Assembly (NCBI GenBank): GCA_963710605.1
Contig: CAVQBA010000006.1
Coordinates: forward strand, 32,001 to 96,000
DNA length: 64,000 nt
Source: an uncultured cyanobacterium
GTDB lineage: Bacteria; Cyanobacteriota; Cyanobacteriia; Cyanobacteriales; Cyanobacteriaceae
Direction of reading: 5' to 3'
Both the position numbers and the translations under genes were made by a program. The notes beneath the pieces are model-generated. The model had not been told where the DNA came from and ran no database searches. It saw only the letters and a program-made list of their open reading frames with translations. Of this stretch, positions 62,817-64,000 are shown one piece after another. How positions within the stretch are numbered: position 1 is the first letter of the stretch; the number at the start of each line of letters is the position of its first letter.

Positions 62817-64000
62817 ATGTCGGCTAAAATTACTATTCGTGGTGCTAGACAGCATAACCTTAAAAATATCGATTTAGATTTACCTCGCAACCAATTAATT
62901 GTCTTTACAGGTGTTTCAGGATCTGGTAAATCATCCCTTGCTTTTGATACAATATTTGCAGAGGGGCAGCGTCGTTATGTAGAGTCTTTAAGTGCTTATG
63001 CTCGTCAATTTTTAGGGCAGTTAGATAAACCTGATGTTGATAGTATTGAAGGATTATCCCCCGCAATTTCGATCGATCAAAAATCAACTTCCAATAATCC
63101 TCGCTCTACAGTAGGTACGGTAACAGAAATTTACGATTATCTACGTTTACTTTATGGTAGGGCAGGCGAGCCTTTTTGTCCTAAATGCGGTCAATCGATC
63201 GCTCCTCAAACTATCGACGAAATGTGCGATCGTATTGTTAGTTTACCTGAAAAAAGCAAAATACATTTACTCGCTCCTGTGATTAGAGGTAAAAAAGGTA
63301 ATCATAGTCAACTACTCTCAGGATTAAGAAGTCAAGGTTTTGCCAGAGTTAAAGTTAATGGTGAAATTAGGGAATTAGCCGATAACATCGAGTTACAACC
63401 GCAACAAAAACACGATATTAGTGTAGTAGTCGATCGTTTGATTGTTAAACCAAAAATTCAAGAAAGACTTTCAGATTCGCTTTCTACCTGTCTTAAAATA
63501 GCCGATGGGATAGCGATCGTCGAGGTTTTAGATAGCCCCCCTAGCCAAGAAACCACCCCTAGTCACTCCTTGCAAGGAGAAGATACCACCCCTAGCCCCT
63601 CTTTGCAAGTAAACAAAACCACCCCTAGCCCCTCCTTTCAAGGAGGGGGAGAAGAAAAAGCCCCCCTTTGTAGAGACGTAGCATTGCTACGCCGTGGGGG
63701 TTGGGGGGATCAAATTGTCTTCTCAGAAAACTTTGCTTGTCCGACTCATGGGGCGGTAATAGAAGAGTTATCTCCTCGTTTGTTTTCTTTTAATTCTCCT
63801 TATGGTGCTTGTTCTAATTGTCACGGTTTGGGTACTTTGAAGCGATTTTCTCCTGATTTAGTTATACCAGATCCATCCGCTTCTGTCAGAAGTGCGATCG
63901 CACCTTGGCAATATAAAGATAATGACTATTATATGTCGTTACTTGAATATACCGCCGATGAATACAAATATAACCTAAGTGATAGTTGGGATAGTCTTAG
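62817..64000 (+). CDS. uvrA: Excinuclease ABC subunit A, 5' part (runs off window)
   Basis: MSAKITIRGARQHNLKNI, GVSGSGKSSLAFDTIFAEGQRRYVESLS, NPRSTVGT and FSFNSPYGAC. The frame stays open to the window end. Confidence 0.97.
   Translation, partial: MSAKITIRGARQHNLKNIDLDLPRNQLIVFTGVSGSGKSSLAFDTIFAEGQRRYVESLSAYARQFLGQLDKPDVDSIEGLSPAISIDQKSTSNNPRSTVGTVTEIYDYLRLLYGRAGEPFCPKCGQSIAPQTIDEMCDRIVSLPEKSKIHLLAPVIRGKKGNHSQLLSGLRSQGFARVKVNGEIRELADNIELQPQQKHDISVVVDRLIVKPKIQERLSDSLSTCLKIADGIAIVEVLDSPPSQETTPSHSLQGEDTTPSPSLQVNKTTPSPSFQGGGEEKAPLCRDVALLRRGGWGDQIVFSENFACPTHGAVIEELSPRLFSFNSPYGACSNCHGLGTLKRFSPDLVIPDPSASVRSAIAPWQYKDNDYYMSLLEYTADEYKYNLSDSWDSL
63534..63710 (+). repeat. Composite palindromic-repeat insertion inside uvrA, in frame
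   Basis: Three ACCACCCCTAG... units at 33-nt spacing (63552, 63585, 63618), then a CCCCCCTT...GGGGGTTGGGGGGAT element with nested GTAGAGACGTAGCATTGCTACG. Confidence 0.85.

Overview
AT-rich cyanobacterial chromosome segment. Supporting evidence: apcD, chlI, ccs1, pedR, a cyanobacterial-type pilB/pilT/pilC cluster and abundant CGATCG (HIP1-core) palindromes. A unicellular Cyanobacterium/Geminocystis-like lineage is my inference only. Most of the window is housekeeping (tig, queF, hisIE, rsmA, metH, cbiX, trpD, ftsZ, chlI, ilvN, nfu, partial uvrA). Accessory parts: (1) a toxin-antitoxin/defence hotspot on both sides of metH, holding an orphan small antitoxin, hicBA bracketed by 47-bp direct repeats, brnTA, a decayed HigA-like remnant, a PARIS-like ABC-ATPase + DUF4435/TOPRIM pair and an uncharacterised pair of paralogous membrane proteins; (2) a purine/urate catabolic cluster (NCS2 permease, hpxO, uraD, 8-oxoguanine deaminase-like, hpxW-like) with a well-spaced NtcA-type promoter and a 202-bp MITE carrying a 13-bp target duplication; (3) a GGDEF/EAL gene bracketed by 22-bp direct repeats; (4) a class I lysyl-tRNA synthetase; (5) uvrA with an in-frame insertion built from palindromic dispersed repeats. 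Three genes (metH, the deaminase, cbiX) have single-base frameshifts that may be sequencing errors. I found no rRNA, tRNA, CRISPR array, integrase or intact transposase.
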